A stretch of DNA of 64,000 nt from a virus: positions 1-64,000 of the IMG/VR virus record IMGVR_UViG_3300036781_000821; one strand, 5' to 3'. Below the pieces are notes generated by a model that was given only the letters and a program-made list of their open reading frames with translations, was not told where the DNA came from and did not search any database. Of the stretch, positions 30,613 to 41,204 are shown in pieces. Both the position numbers and the translations under genes were made by a program. Positions within the stretch are counted from its first letter, which is position 1. Each line of letters starts with the position of its first letter.

Positions 30613-33137
30613 TAATTCAGGACTTCAATAGTCAGGTTGGTGCAGGTGATGGTGTTGCTCGCGCTGGCCGTTCCCCATGTCACAAACAGCCCAACAGTCT
30701 GGCTGTTTGCGGAGTTGAACGTCGCAGCCTGGTCGGGAGCATCCAGCGGATTATTCGTAGTGGCCGCACTGAAATAACTGCATGCGCCCACGGTCTTGCT
30801 CGTTGCGCTGCCGCCCGTCGTCCGCAGGGTCAGATCGAAACTGGCTTCCCAGTCTTTCGTTCCGGTGATCGACACCATCGTCTGGGCGCTGGTGTCGGCC
30901 ATGACCGTCGTTCCCAGCTTTAATTGGAAGCGGAGTGTCGGGGTTCCCGTGTTTGCTATGATTCCGCGCGCATGAACTCTGATGGTTTTCCCGGCAACGA
31001 GGAAACTGGCTGGAATTGTCGCTGTACCTATGCCGGTTCCGACCAGTGTCGTTCCAGCACCGGAATTGGCTACCGTCACATCGGCGGTCTGCGTGAACAG
31101 CGTTCTCGTCGTGGAAACTGTTGCTCCCGTTTCACGAAATAGAAGCGTAGTCTGCGTCGAATCATTCCAGAGATCGCCGTTGGTCGTCGTCGCGGCTTTG
31201 CTGGCAAGATTGATCCTGCCGCCCAAGAATACATCCTTGGCAATGCCGAGGCCGCCTGCGAATGTCGCGCAACCGCTACCCGTGCTCGTCGATTGGGTTG
31301 CATCATTGAAGGCCCCGTTGCCTCCGAATACAAAAACACCGTTGATGTTCGCATTTTGACCAGATGCCGGAGAAATCGTTACTGAGCCCGATGTATTCAC
31401 CGAGATCGGAGCCACGAAAACAAGAGCGTCAGTCCCGATCGTAATCGGACTCGTCGCGCCGCAGACAAATTCCTGCTTGCCGTTGACTGTGCCAGCCAGC
31501 GCGTATATCTTCTGCGCGATGATCTTGTCCGATGTGTCGTACTGCGTATGCCGCATCAGGATGAACGGGTGCGAGCCATCGCCAGTTTGAATCAGCACAT
31601 AAAGTCCATTCTGGAAGGTGCTGGCCTGCCCTGTGACAAGAATTGCCATACCCTGTGTGGTCGCGGTGCCGTTAACCGTACCAAGTGCGCCGTTGGAATT
31701 GCCCGTCAGGGTTGCTCCAACTCCGCTCGTTCCGTTGGCATAGGTACAGGCGGGTAATGCGCTGAAAGCTAACAAGTCCGCTTTTAGAGGACCGCGAAGG
31801 TAGTTTCCGCCGCCCAGCTTAGCAACCGGGTTTCCGGTGAAGTCCGTCGCATTATTGAATTGGGGAACGCAACCGGAAAACGTCGGCGCTCCCAATGCCG
31901 AGTCGATCATAACGTCGTTAAAAATCAGGTTTGAGGCGTTCGCGATGTTGAAGCTCGTTGGCGTTGTCGTGCCAACCACGTCCCGCTCGCGCAGCTTGAG
32001 GTTCGTAAAGATTATGTTGGTGATGTTGCCGGAGCTAGGAGAAGTAATGTGGACCCCGTGCTTAATTGTTCCTCCAGAGAGATCGGCATCGTTAACCTCG
32101 AAATCGCAATCGTCCCACTCCATGTTTGAATAGGTGTTGCCTCCCTGACCGTTGAGCGAAACGCCCGCATTGCGCAGGTTTTTTCCAACGCAGCCAATGG
32201 CCTTGTAGTTTGCAATCGGCCCTTCGTAATAGAACATGGTGCTGACGTTTTCCGCGTAACCGGCAATCTGCGTGACTGGCCCAACACCCGTTCCGCCGAA
32301 GGCACAGGTTGAAAAGTTTGAGGATGCGCCAAGCTTGTTGTAGACGCTGCAATGACTCCAAATCGCTTGGCAGCTCTTGGAACCGCTGGTCGTGAACGTC
32401 AGAAATGTGCCGCCGTAATTGCCCTGGAACGAGTCTTCAGTTAGATCGGCGCCATAGTTCCCGGAAACGTCATGTTCGCCACCGCCATCGGTATAGGTGG
32501 CAAAGGTAAAGGTGAAGCCCTCGCTTCCACCGGTGTTGCCGTACATGTTGATCGCCTTCACACCGAGCATGAAGCATTTGTTTCCATACAATTTGATTGC
32601 ATTGATGCTGTTTGAAGTACTCGCGCTCAGCGCGGTCGCATTACCGTCGAGAGTTGCGCCATAACCGATAACGCCCGCGCCCGCGCCATCTGCGTTGTAG
32701 ACGTTTCCGAACATCGTCGGAGTTGCGTTGGTCAACGAATTGAGCTTGAAATAGCATCCGTTGATCACGACGATGCAGCTTTGCGGAATCTGCCAGGTGT
32801 TATTCGATGTGCCGTCGCCGTTGCCTTCGATCAGGTATGGATTCGCCGAGGAGTTGGGAATGCAGACGACGACCGTGTTCGCAAAGTTATGATTGAACCA
32901 AACCGAAGACCATTTTGCGGGTGTGGAAACATCGTAGGGGTCCCACTGAGCGCCAGTACCCGCAACGCTATCGGTTCGCATCGCCAAATAAACGGCGTTG
33001 GCGAGGCCGAGTTGCGCGACGGTGCCCAGGCTTGAGCCGCCACTCGTTCCCCCCATCAACCTGGGCGCGGGATCATACTGACCAAAACTGGCGGTCAGCC
33101 CCAAGACCGCAACAAGAAGGATTCTTAGCCAGCGCAT
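30612..33137 (-). CDS. Tail spike / beta-helix receptor-binding protein with signal peptide
   Basis: GTGAQWDPYD beta-helix start, ILVTGQASTFQNGLY fibre motif; N-terminus MRWLRILLVAVLGLTASFG. Confidence 0.65.
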   Translation of the reverse strand: MRWLRILLVAVLGLTASFGQYDPAPRLMGGTSGGSSLGTVAQLGLANAVYLAMRTDSVAGTGAQWDPYDVSTPAKWSSVWFNHNFANTVVVCIPNSSANPYLIEGNGDGTSNNTWQIPQSCIVVINGCYFKLNSLTNATPTMFGNVYNADGAGAGVIGYGATLDGNATALSASTSNSINAIKLYGNKCFMLGVKAINMYGNTGGSEGFTFTFATYTDGGGEHDVSGNYGADLTEDSFQGNYGGTFLTFTTSGSKSCQAIWSHCSVYNKLGASSNFSTCAFGGTGVGPVTQIAGYAENVSTMFYYEGPIANYKAIGCVGKNLRNAGVSLNGQGGNTYSNMEWDDCDFEVNDADLSGGTIKHGVHITSPSSGNITNIIFTNLKLRERDVVGTTTPTSFNIANASNLIFNDVMIDSALGAPTFSGCVPQFNNATDFTGNPVAKLGGGNYLRGPLKADLLAFSALPACTYANGTSGVGATLTGNSNGALGTVNGTATTQGMAILVTGQASTFQNGLYVLIQTGDGSHPFILMRHTQYDTSDKIIAQKIYALAGTVNGKQEFVCGATSPITIGTDALVFVAPISVNTSGSVTISPASGQNANINGVFVFGGNGAFNDATQSTSTGSGCATFAGGLGIAKDVFLGGRINLASKAATTTNGDLWNDSTQTTLLFRETGATVSTTRTLFTQTADVTVANSGAGTTLVGTGIGTATIPASFLVAGKTIRVHARGIIANTGTPTLRFQLKLGTTVMADTSAQTMVSITGTKDWEASFDLTLRTTGGSATSKTVGACSYFSAATTNNPLDAPDQAATFNSANSQTVGLFVTWGTASASNTITCTNLTIEVLN

Positions 33138-33139
33138 CG

Positions 33140-33538
33140 TTAGAACCCTCCAATTTCGGTGCGGATAACTATCGTCACCTGCGTGTTGGATTCATCCGCG
33201 CGCCTGATCCAAAGCTCGTTGCAGTCTCGCGTCTGAAATCCACGGACGGTAACGGCTGCGTTGGCGGGCAGAACCATTCCGAACGTGTCGGTGCTGCCTT
33301 GGCGCACCTCGATGGGAACGCTTGTGCCAGTCTTGACCGACGTTGGAATGATCACGCGATCACAAATGACATCCGGGAGCTGAACCCACGTTGAACCCGA
33401 AGCCGAGGTCGTGACCTGAAAATTCTTTCCCTTTTCCGGCTGGTAGGACTTCACTACGGGGTCCGCATAAACCAGACCGCACAACAGCACCAACGCGAGC
33501 CACACGCTCGCCATCTTCGTCATCCACTTCGTTCTCAT
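33140..33538 (-). CDS. Small beta-sandwich virion-module protein with signal peptide
   Basis: VWLALVLLCGLVYA|D signal-like N-terminus. Confidence 0.55.
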   Translation of the reverse strand: MRTKWMTKMASVWLALVLLCGLVYADPVVKSYQPEKGKNFQVTTSASGSTWVQLPDVICDRVIIPTSVKTGTSVPIEVRQGSTDTFGMVLPANAAVTVRGFQTRDCNELWIRRADESNTQVTIVIRTEIGGF

Positions 33539-33558
33539 TTCTCTCTTTCGGTTTGGGG

Positions 33559-34512
33559 TTAAGCTTTCAGGAATTGGTCGTATCCGCCGTCACAGGCGAA
33601 ATCCACATCATCGGAGGCAATAAATGGAGCGTCGGGAACGAGCCGCACCTGGTTGGCGCGCTGGTATTCGTGGGCATCCTTCAAAATCGCGAGCTGCGTG
33701 TTGGCCTCTTCGATTTTGGCTTGGGCCTTGGCGTACTGCCGGCTGCGCTCCAGCATGTCCGCCGTGCCGAAGGCGATGAGCGTGTTTTCCATGAACGACA
33801 ACTCGGGAGTGTCGTTATCGTCGATCAATTGCCGCGCGCGGATCTTGTAGAGCACGAGCATGGTTTTGTCGGTCGACGGAATCGGGTGCAATTGAATCTG
33901 CTGGCACTTCACGTCGCGGTGTTCCGCCCACACCGTAATCAGCGTCGTGCCGCTGGTGTTGCCCTTGACGACCAGATCCCCGGTCATGTCGTCTTTTCCC
34001 ATCTGCCAGACATCATCGTAGGTGTTCGTCGACAGGACATCGGCACCGGAGCTGAGCGTCACCGTCTCACGGTAGATCACGCCCTCATATTCGCCCTCGA
34101 CGCGGACTTTCTTGCCGTTATCGGCCGCCTGCACCTGAACAAACTTGAGCTTTTCCCCGGCCGGCTTCACTTCGGTGGCAACCGGCCGTTCAAGCGAGTA
34201 ATCCCAGGGCTCACCCGACTGCTCAAAGATGTTGGCGTAGGTCAGGTAGAGATATTCCTTTTGGACGGGTAGGATGAAGCGCGTGTCGTAGCGAATGGCG
34301 AGGACCAGCGCCATTGTCTGGGGAAAGATGATGTACTGGTTCGCGGTCGTAACCGCAACCGACTTCAGCCGCAGCAGCTCGCGCCAAATTGTGTAGAGGC
34401 AGATCATGTCATGGCGCTGGCGCAGGAATTTCTTGCAAGCGGTTTGGCTCACGGCATCGTTCTTACCCACCTTCGTGCCGATCACGTCGACCATCTGGGA
34501 GAGTGACATCAT
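33559..34512 (-). CDS. Head-tail adaptor (podovirus gatekeeper-like)
   Basis: MSLSQMVD N-terminus, IQLHPIP..LIDDNDTPEL pattern. Confidence 0.7.
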   Translation of the reverse strand: MMSLSQMVDVIGTKVGKNDAVSQTACKKFLRQRHDMICLYTIWRELLRLKSVAVTTANQYIIFPQTMALVLAIRYDTRFILPVQKEYLYLTYANIFEQSGEPWDYSLERPVATEVKPAGEKLKFVQVQAADNGKKVRVEGEYEGVIYRETVTLSSGADVLSTNTYDDVWQMGKDDMTGDLVVKGNTSGTTLITVWAEHRDVKCQQIQLHPIPSTDKTMLVLYKIRARQLIDDNDTPELSFMENTLIAFGTADMLERSRQYAKAQAKIEEANTQLAILKDAHEYQRANQVRLVPDAPFIASDDVDFACDGGYDQFLKA

Positions 34513-34754
34513 CGCAGGCCGTCCAGTTTGACATTGATCTTCGCCACGTCAGAGCAAATCATGTCCAACTTGGTTTCAGAGCGAATTTGGCTCTCGCGGT
34601 GATTGACCATCTTGTCCTCAGCCTCATCCAGCCGCCTATCCAAAGCATCCTGACGTTTTTCAACACGGTCAAGGCGGTAGGGAATAACAGCCCAGGCCGC
34701 CAACGCCCCCAGGACGGAGAAAATCGCCATTACCGTGTTGATGTCGAATTGCAT
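34509..34754 (-). CDS. Small TM + coiled-coil protein (holin/hemolysin XhlA-like)
   Basis: N-terminal TM followed by coiled coil. Confidence 0.5.
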   Translation of the reverse strand: MQFDINTVMAIFSVLGALAAWAVIPYRLDRVEKRQDALDRRLDEAEDKMVNHRESQIRSETKLDMICSDVAKINVKLDGLR

Positions 34755-34756
34755 TT

Positions 34757-35881
34757 TCAGATTTTGATGATCTTGTTCACGATGGCCGTGGGTTGGGTGA
34801 TGTTGTGCGGATTTCCACCGCCCGTGTCGCCTGTCACGGGGGAAGCGCCGCTTGTCGTAACTGCTGTACTCGCTCCAGTCGCGGCGAAAACCGCCTGTGT
34901 GCCCATGCCGTGATGGTGAGCGGGCATTTCGGCGATGGAGAGCGTTTCGCTCTCGGAACCACCCACCGCAGCCAGGTTCGTTGCCGTGCCGCCAAAATAC
35001 GTTGCCGTCAGGCGATTGGCGGCCGAGCCGCCCATATTGTCTTTACCAGCGCAGACGCGCCCGCGCAGGTCGGGGACGTTGAACGTGGTCGTGCCATCGC
35101 CCACACCCCACGTGGTGCCAATCTGGGCGAACAGCGCGGCGTAGGTCGTGCGGGAGACGGCGGATCCGTCACAGAGGAGGAAACCGGTCGGAACCGTGCC
35201 CCCGCCGAAGTCCAGCATCACGCCCGTCGGTACATATCCGGTTGCGGCCGGGATCTCCGCGAGGATCTGCACATAGGCCGTGGTCGTACTCGTGGCGATG
35301 AAGATTTGCTTGTCGAATTGGCCCGCAGTTGTGGGCGCCGTCGTCGTGCTCGCGCCGGCAGTCGCGCCGCTCAGGTAATAGATTGAACCCGAGGACAGAC
35401 TGGTAAGCCCCGTAATCACGCCCTCGTTGATGAATGTGAAATTGTTGGCATCGGCCACTGCGCTGACCACGCCAACCGCGTGGACCGTGCCCGAGGCATC
35501 GGCTTTCGCCTTTGAGTAGGCGGAGCCCGTGTAATAAATGATGTCTCCCACGGCGAACCCGTGCGAGGCCTGGTTGATGCTCTGCTGGAGCCGCGTCAGG
35601 TTCGTGGAGGGAACCGCGTCGCTGTAGAGAACTTTCTTGAGCAATCCGCTCGCGTTCTCGTACACCAGCATCAAATCGCCGGGCTGGGGACTGCCGGAAA
35701 TCGCGGTCTTCGTCGTGAGGAAACTCGGCTGGACCACCGCACCGTTGACGATCTGGTTCAGCTCGGTGTTGTTGATGTTCTTCTGGTCGGGAGCAAACGT
35801 GTAGCCCGTCAGGATGTCTCCCCCCAAACAGGAGAGACATCCCAACAGAACCAGCGTCAGTATGTAACGCAGGCGGTCCAT
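34757..35881 (-). CDS. Tail fibre with phage tail-collar domain and N-terminal signal-like peptide
   Basis: VPTGFLLCDGSAVSRTTYAALF..GDGTTTFNVPDLRGR collar domain; MDRLRYILTLVLLGCLSCLG. Confidence 0.85.
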   Translation of the reverse strand: MDRLRYILTLVLLGCLSCLGGDILTGYTFAPDQKNINNTELNQIVNGAVVQPSFLTTKTAISGSPQPGDLMLVYENASGLLKKVLYSDAVPSTNLTRLQQSINQASHGFAVGDIIYYTGSAYSKAKADASGTVHAVGVVSAVADANNFTFINEGVITGLTSLSSGSIYYLSGATAGASTTTAPTTAGQFDKQIFIATSTTTAYVQILAEIPAATGYVPTGVMLDFGGGTVPTGFLLCDGSAVSRTTYAALFAQIGTTWGVGDGTTTFNVPDLRGRVCAGKDNMGGSAANRLTATYFGGTATNLAAVGGSESETLSIAEMPAHHHGMGTQAVFAATGASTAVTTSGASPVTGDTGGGNPHNITQPTAIVNKIIKI

Positions 35882-36570
35882 TACTCGATGCAGGCTTCCA
35901 TATGCATCGGATCAACCGACGCGCCTTTGAAGTCACCGCCCCATGTCCAACCCTCGGCCTTGAACAGGTCGATCAGGATTTGCGGAACTCCTTTTTCGGG
36001 GTTCCACTTGCTTCCCTGCGGATTGTTATCCGGGTCCCAGTCAATCGCCGCACCATACGCGTGGAGCGAGAGACGGCTGCTATTCCGTTGTTTACGGAAC
36101 TCGAAACCGCCGCCAAACAAGTGCAGGTCATCGGCCTCGATCTTCTCCTGGTCGCGGCCGTATTCCTGCCACAGCGCGGCCAGAATGCGGTCGATGCTCG
36201 GCTTTACGCGCTCATGGACGCGGAATCGCCGCAGGAGCTTATTTTCCATCTTCCCGGTGTTGGGATTGATCTCCTGCCAGCTCGTCACCATCCGAAACGG
36301 AGGCTCGACGAACTTGAGGAAATTGCTTTCCCACCAGGGATCGAGGTTGCCGTCGATGCCAACCGGATTACGGAATACGTTAATCGCCTCATCGCGTGTA
36401 GGCCACGAATTTCGCACGAGGCTATCGCGCAGAGGACGCACAACCACAGGCACAATCGCTTTCGGCGCGTCCGCTTCAGGTGCCGGGTTCGGAGTGTTCT
36501 CCGCAGGTGGAGTTTCCGGCGCGTCCGCTTCCGGTGCGCCCTCATCCTTCTTGGTGTCATTCTTAGCCAT
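35881..36570 (-). CDS. Endolysin, M15 (L,D/D,D-peptidase) family
   Basis: RKQRNSSRLSLHAYGAAID, WTWGGDF..DPMHME. Confidence 0.85.
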   Translation of the reverse strand: MAKNDTKKDEGAPEADAPETPPAENTPNPAPEADAPKAIVPVVVRPLRDSLVRNSWPTRDEAINVFRNPVGIDGNLDPWWESNFLKFVEPPFRMVTSWQEINPNTGKMENKLLRRFRVHERVKPSIDRILAALWQEYGRDQEKIEADDLHLFGGGFEFRKQRNSSRLSLHAYGAAIDWDPDNNPQGSKWNPEKGVPQILIDLFKAEGWTWGGDFKGASVDPMHMEACIE

Positions 36571-36577
36571 CGTTTTC

Positions 36578-36838
36578 CTATCCGTTTTGCCCTTTGAACT
36601 GCGAGATCAACTGCGATCTCATGTCATCGAGGCTGGGTTCACTTTGCTGTTGAGCTTGGTCCACGGGCTGCCCGTTAACGGCGCTCGGCGTGATCGTCAC
36701 CATCCCGTTCTGGGATTGCGACACCTTGCCGTCGACCGTCACCGAAACGTCGTCACCGACTTGCGGCTCGCTACCGTCAGCGGAAACCGCCGAGGCCGGG
36801 AGCACCAACTGCGCCTGCGTTTGCGTTTGCATATTCAT
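36578..36838 (-). CDS. Hypothetical protein downstream of capsid
   Basis: ORF in virion operon. Confidence 0.5.
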   Translation of the reverse strand: MNMQTQTQAQLVLPASAVSADGSEPQVGDDVSVTVDGKVSQSQNGMVTITPSAVNGQPVDQAQQQSEPSLDDMRSQLISQFKGQNG

Positions 36839-36891
36839 TTCAGGGTTCAGCGGGCGACCAGCCCATGCCAGCCGCCGCCGAATCCATTTCC

Positions 36892-37863
36892 TTACGCGTT
36901 AACGTTGGTTTGAGTGCAGAGGGTCGATACCCAAGTCGCATCGAGCGTCTTGGTCGCGAACCAGAGCATGTGTACCGCGATGATCCAGGCATTTGCGGGG
37001 TCGGACTTGTCCGCTTTATCTAGCACGTTGACCTGCGGTGCTTTCGGAGTGCCCTGACCTTCGAGGTCCGCAACACCGAACGCGCCCTTGCCGAAGAACA
37101 GACCCGTGTGGATCGTGCCGGCATCATCGTAGGTGCCTTCGGCGGCCGACTGCTTGAACGGCTGAGTGGCCTCGACGATATTCACGCCGAACAACGTTCC
37201 GACGTATCCCTTGGTCATCCGCATCGGCTCGCTGTAGGTCACAAGCTGCTTCCAGTCGGGGTCCTTGCGGAAATCCCGGCCTTGGCGAGGCGAAATGACG
37301 CCGACGTAGTTTCCGTCGGAGAATTTCGGCGCTCGGGTGTCCTTCAACTGAGTCGCAATGCGGTCGATGTCCGCTACGATTGCGCGACCAGCGCTGTAGG
37401 TGGACAACGCGGCAAAGTTCGCGCCGTTTTGGGCGTAGAACTTGTTGTTCGTATCCACGTTGCCGACCAGCTCGTCCCGGACCATCTTGTCCGCGAAAAG
37501 CGTTGCCGCCTCGATCATGCGATCGTTTTCTTTGTCCATCGCACGGAAGATCGAGAGCTGCTTTTGACGGCGGCTCACGCGAGCTGCGTCGTAGTACTCA
37601 TCGAGCTTCACGTCCACCGGCGTGAGCGTGGTGTTCGTGTATTCAAGATTGGTCTGACCTTCCGCCAGCTTCTTGAAGCTGCCAGCAGAGGCGGCAGCCC
37701 TCTTGTGGAACCGGATCGTGTCCGTGCCCTCTTCCAAAGGCAGATCGCTTTTATCGCCGTACTTTGGAAGCACGACGTCCTGGATAACCGTCTCCAGGAA
37801 TTTCTTGTTTAGGTAGTACGGCAGGTTCGACGTTGCGTGTGTCGCTACTTTGACATCACCCAT
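36892..37863 (-). CDS. Major capsid protein (N4-gp56-like, HK97 fold)
   Basis: LPLEEGTDTIRF, LAEG, YVGVISP..DFRKDPDW, GYVGTLFGVNIVE, DKSDP. Confidence 0.88.
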   Translation of the reverse strand: MGDVKVATHATSNLPYYLNKKFLETVIQDVVLPKYGDKSDLPLEEGTDTIRFHKRAAASAGSFKKLAEGQTNLEYTNTTLTPVDVKLDEYYDAARVSRRQKQLSIFRAMDKENDRMIEAATLFADKMVRDELVGNVDTNNKFYAQNGANFAALSTYSAGRAIVADIDRIATQLKDTRAPKFSDGNYVGVISPRQGRDFRKDPDWKQLVTYSEPMRMTKGYVGTLFGVNIVEATQPFKQSAAEGTYDDAGTIHTGLFFGKGAFGVADLEGQGTPKAPQVNVLDKADKSDPANAWIIAVHMLWFATKTLDATWVSTLCTQTNVNA

Positions 37864-37881
37864 ATATTTGAATTCCTATAG

Positions 37882-38925
37882 TTAGGAACGGTGTGCCATG
37901 TCCGCCTCTCGTGCCTGACGCAATATATCCGTTTTCATGTCCGAGACTGACTTGGACTTGAACTCGGGTGCTGCGCCGGGCGAGCCGGGAGCGCTTCCAT
38001 CAATCCGTCTGGATTGCTGCAACCGTTCATTTTCTTTCGTTAGTTCGTCAACCTTTTTCTGCAAGCCAGCCGCTGAATCCGCTTTCAAGCGCAGATTTTC
38101 GTGCTCGACGATCCAGTAGTGCATGACCGGGGGAACCGGCATATTGAGGGGCGTGAGCGCTTCCTTCACCTTGTCGAAGGCTGCGTTCGCGTTTTTCGAT
38201 AGGGGGCTATCGGCGTTGGCGTAGTCGGGGAAATCCTTCTTTGCCGCATCGGTATTACGGGTAATCTCCGATGAGAAGAAGGTGTGGTATTCCGTCTGCG
38301 CTGACTGCCTCATCTCCTTGGCATCATTCCGGGCTAGTTGTGCCAGGCGCAGCTGTTCTTTCCCCGCGTCGGTATCCTTGCCCAACTTTTCAGCCTCTTT
38401 ATCGAACGCGCCCGCGATCTCATCCAGCTCCTGAGCCGTGTACTTGCCCTTGGCTTTCGCCGCAGGTTTTCCATCGTCCTTGGGAGCGGCGTCTTTCTGC
38501 TTCAGCGCTTCTTCACGATGCTGAATTTCCGCTTCCCGCTGGTTGAGTTTCTCGTGCCGCTTGGCCGCACGCGCACCCGCGCGCCGCGCCTTTTCCATGC
38601 GTTTCTGGTAGTCGGACATCTGCGCCCCAGCCAGGTCGTCGTCATTTTCGGGAACGTCGTCGGGTGACTTCGCATCCTTTTTGTCGTCGATCTTGGGTGT
38701 GGCCGCAGCGGCCGGCTTGCCGTCAGGTTGACCCTCTGAAGGGGCCTGCTTGTTGTCGGCAGGCTTCTGCGAATCGGGATTTTTGTCATCGACGGGCGCG
38801 GCAGCACCGGGATCAGCGGGCTGGGCGTCTGTCATAATGCCCGGCCCTCCGCTCTCATGCTCCGCAGCCGATTTAAGTAACTCGGATTTCATATCCGCCA
38901 GTGATGTCTTGCCTTCTTCGCTCAT
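37882..38925 (-). CDS. Capsid scaffolding protein
   Basis: Charged coiled coil immediately upstream of capsid gene. Confidence 0.7.
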   Translation of the reverse strand: MSEEGKTSLADMKSELLKSAAEHESGGPGIMTDAQPADPGAAAPVDDKNPDSQKPADNKQAPSEGQPDGKPAAAATPKIDDKKDAKSPDDVPENDDDLAGAQMSDYQKRMEKARRAGARAAKRHEKLNQREAEIQHREEALKQKDAAPKDDGKPAAKAKGKYTAQELDEIAGAFDKEAEKLGKDTDAGKEQLRLAQLARNDAKEMRQSAQTEYHTFFSSEITRNTDAAKKDFPDYANADSPLSKNANAAFDKVKEALTPLNMPVPPVMHYWIVEHENLRLKADSAAGLQKKVDELTKENERLQQSRRIDGSAPGSPGAAPEFKSKSVSDMKTDILRQAREADMAHRS

Positions 38926-38949
38926 GGTTTTTCTAGTTTCCTTCTAGAG

Positions 38950-39312
38950 TCAGGGAATGGTTCCCGAGATCCCGTCGTCTCCCTGTTCAACGTCGGGTTC
39001 GGATTCGTGCAGTTGCCGCCGCACGTGCGCGGAAAGTCGTAGTTGTTCGGTAAACATGCCCCGCAAGCCCATCGCATAGCCGCACCAGAGCTTGTCCCCG
39101 GTGCGGACGCTGGCCGCGTCCTGGTCCTGGCAAAGGCGCAGAACCTTGCGCTGGAATTTTTCGCCCGTCTCGGAGATGAGGAACGCATTCCAGTTTTCCT
39201 CGTCGGCCTCGACCCACTCGGATGGACGATCCGGCCGGATGGGAGCCAGCAGAATGTCCGAAAGACTCATCAGTGCCCAAATCTTGAGCCGCCATTTCAG
39301 CTTCTGGATCAT
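38950..39312 (-). CDS. Small protein between portal and scaffold
   Basis: FLISETGEKF motif; synteny. Confidence 0.55.
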   Translation of the reverse strand: MIQKLKWRLKIWALMSLSDILLAPIRPDRPSEWVEADEENWNAFLISETGEKFQRKVLRLCQDQDAASVRTGDKLWCGYAMGLRGMFTEQLRLSAHVRRQLHESEPDVEQGDDGISGTIP

Positions 39313-41204
39313 GCCGCCACCGCCATTTCCGATTGCGGCGCGGGCGCGTGACCGTTGCGGATCATGGCGCCGTGTTCCATACCCGCGAGATGCGCAGCCT
39401 CTGCCTTGAGCTGGTTAACGGCGCTCTTCTCCATCTCGGCGAACTGAAACGCCAACTTTTTCGCGAGCTGGGGATTCTGCTTTTGGAGCAGTTGAATGTG
39501 TTGTTCGGTGTTTTGCTTGAGCAGGCCTTCCGCACGCGGGCTGATTGCCTTGCGCTCGGTAAATAGCTTGTGCATCACCTGGAAATTGGTTGCCACGCGC
39601 GTCGCGTGATCCTGGCCCTGTTCGGCATCGACCTGCATTTCGAGAACCGGGTTGGTCATCAGGTCAATGCAATTGGCCTGATCCAACTGCTCGCGCTTGG
39701 CCGCATCCTGACCCGCCACAAACAGCCGTTTCTTCGTCTCAGCGCCACGCACCTCGTAGTACATGGAATAGAGTTCGTCCTGGTTGCAGCGCGGATCTCC
39801 GCGCAGGTTCTGGAACATATCGTTAACGATCTGGACTTCACCGGCGCGGCCCAGCCCATCGGGGTTTCCACTCGGCTCGATGACGTAGGCGTCGGAAATG
39901 GCTTCCTGCGGCAAAATCTGCGTTTGCCCGTCGAAGATGTAGACCAGCGATTCCCCGTCGAATTGGCACGTGAGGCTCCACGCCTGACTGAAGACTTCCG
40001 TGAGCGTCTCGCGGATGGAAAAGATGCGTTCCTCGCTGACCAGTGAGCTGTTGTTTTGCGCGGCTCCCACCGCCCGGGCCGTTTGCGCGTCACCGGACTG
40101 GAGCGTTTGCTGCAAAGCGAAATCGGGACTGCCGACCAGCTCCTGTTGGAGACTGCGGGAATTGAGCATTTCCTGGAGCAGCTCTTTCGGCGGTGGATCG
40201 AACGAAACGGCCGACAGCCCGCCCTTGGTCACATCGCCCGGCTTCAGCAATTCGTTGGTGATGTTGACCTGCGTTCCCTGCGTCGTGAGAATCGGTTTGG
40301 CCTTGAACGCCATGTAGTCGGTCCACATGTTGCGGTACTTGGTGGCGTTGACCTCCTCGCCCATGCCCTTCTCGACCACGCCGCGAGATCCATTCCAGCT
40401 CTTGTCGATGATTTCCTGCTCGAACTTGGCGTAGGGATATTTGTTGTGCTTGTAGGGCAGGGGTTGATCCGCGCGCACGGGAATATCCTTACGCAGCGGC
40501 GACCACCAGACCACGCGCACGTTGCCGGCGTCATCCCGGTAGTAAACCTCCCAGATAATGATCTCTTCGAGATTGTCGGAGTGGGTGAGACCCTCGCGCT
40601 TGTACTTGAGCTTGGAAAACTCGCTCTCTTTGCTGTTTTTGCTGCCATCACCCTTGATGGAGTCAATGAAATCTTCGTGCTGGTTGTAGAGCTTGTTCTT
40701 CTTGTACGCTTCCAGCGACACGCGCTTGATCTCCATGCACCAGTCCGCTTTCTGCAGGTCGGTGGTCCAGGGCGGGACGACGAAGGAAGAGGAGCGAATA
40801 TCGTCAAACGCAACCTTGTTCTCGTCAACGTCGCGGTAAATCTTGATCAGGCTTATGCCGCTTTCGAGCATGTAGTCGATGGATCGCTTCGTCGACTTGT
40901 TGAAATTGGTCTTGCGCTTGAGGCGGTAACTGAAGCAGTTCGCGGCGTTCTTCAAATAGGGAGCGAGATTGTCCTGCTCCGTGCCGAATGTGCAGATCAC
41001 ATCGTTCTGGAAAATAGTGCGGTTGATCTGACCCTTGATCTTGTCGATCGCGGGGTCTGCGAGCTTAACGGGCGTGTCCGACTGCCATTTCTCTTTGCCC
41101 AAACGCCTGACACCATCGCGGCGGATTTTATAGAAGGTGCGCTGCCGGTCGTCGTACTTCTCCCGGTTTTTCAGCACCTCTATGATTTGGTCGTAACGGT
41201 CCAT
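39309..41204 (-). CDS. Portal protein
   Basis: 631 aa after terminase; GISLIKIY, IIIWEVY, SRGVVE, TARAV clip-region pattern. Confidence 0.82.
   Translation of the reverse strand: MDRYDQIIEVLKNREKYDDRQRTFYKIRRDGVRRLGKEKWQSDTPVKLADPAIDKIKGQINRTIFQNDVICTFGTEQDNLAPYLKNAANCFSYRLKRKTNFNKSTKRSIDYMLESGISLIKIYRDVDENKVAFDDIRSSSFVVPPWTTDLQKADWCMEIKRVSLEAYKKNKLYNQHEDFIDSIKGDGSKNSKESEFSKLKYKREGLTHSDNLEEIIIWEVYYRDDAGNVRVVWWSPLRKDIPVRADQPLPYKHNKYPYAKFEQEIIDKSWNGSRGVVEKGMGEEVNATKYRNMWTDYMAFKAKPILTTQGTQVNITNELLKPGDVTKGGLSAVSFDPPPKELLQEMLNSRSLQQELVGSPDFALQQTLQSGDAQTARAVGAAQNNSSLVSEERIFSIRETLTEVFSQAWSLTCQFDGESLVYIFDGQTQILPQEAISDAYVIEPSGNPDGLGRAGEVQIVNDMFQNLRGDPRCNQDELYSMYYEVRGAETKKRLFVAGQDAAKREQLDQANCIDLMTNPVLEMQVDAEQGQDHATRVATNFQVMHKLFTERKAISPRAEGLLKQNTEQHIQLLQKQNPQLAKKLAFQFAEMEKSAVNQLKAEAAHLAGMEHGAMIRNGHAPAPQSEMAVAA

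Noticed and set aside
30612-35881. Diversity-generating retroelement or invertible tail-fibre cassette
   Set aside because: No reverse transcriptase, invertase or TR/VR repeat pair seen.
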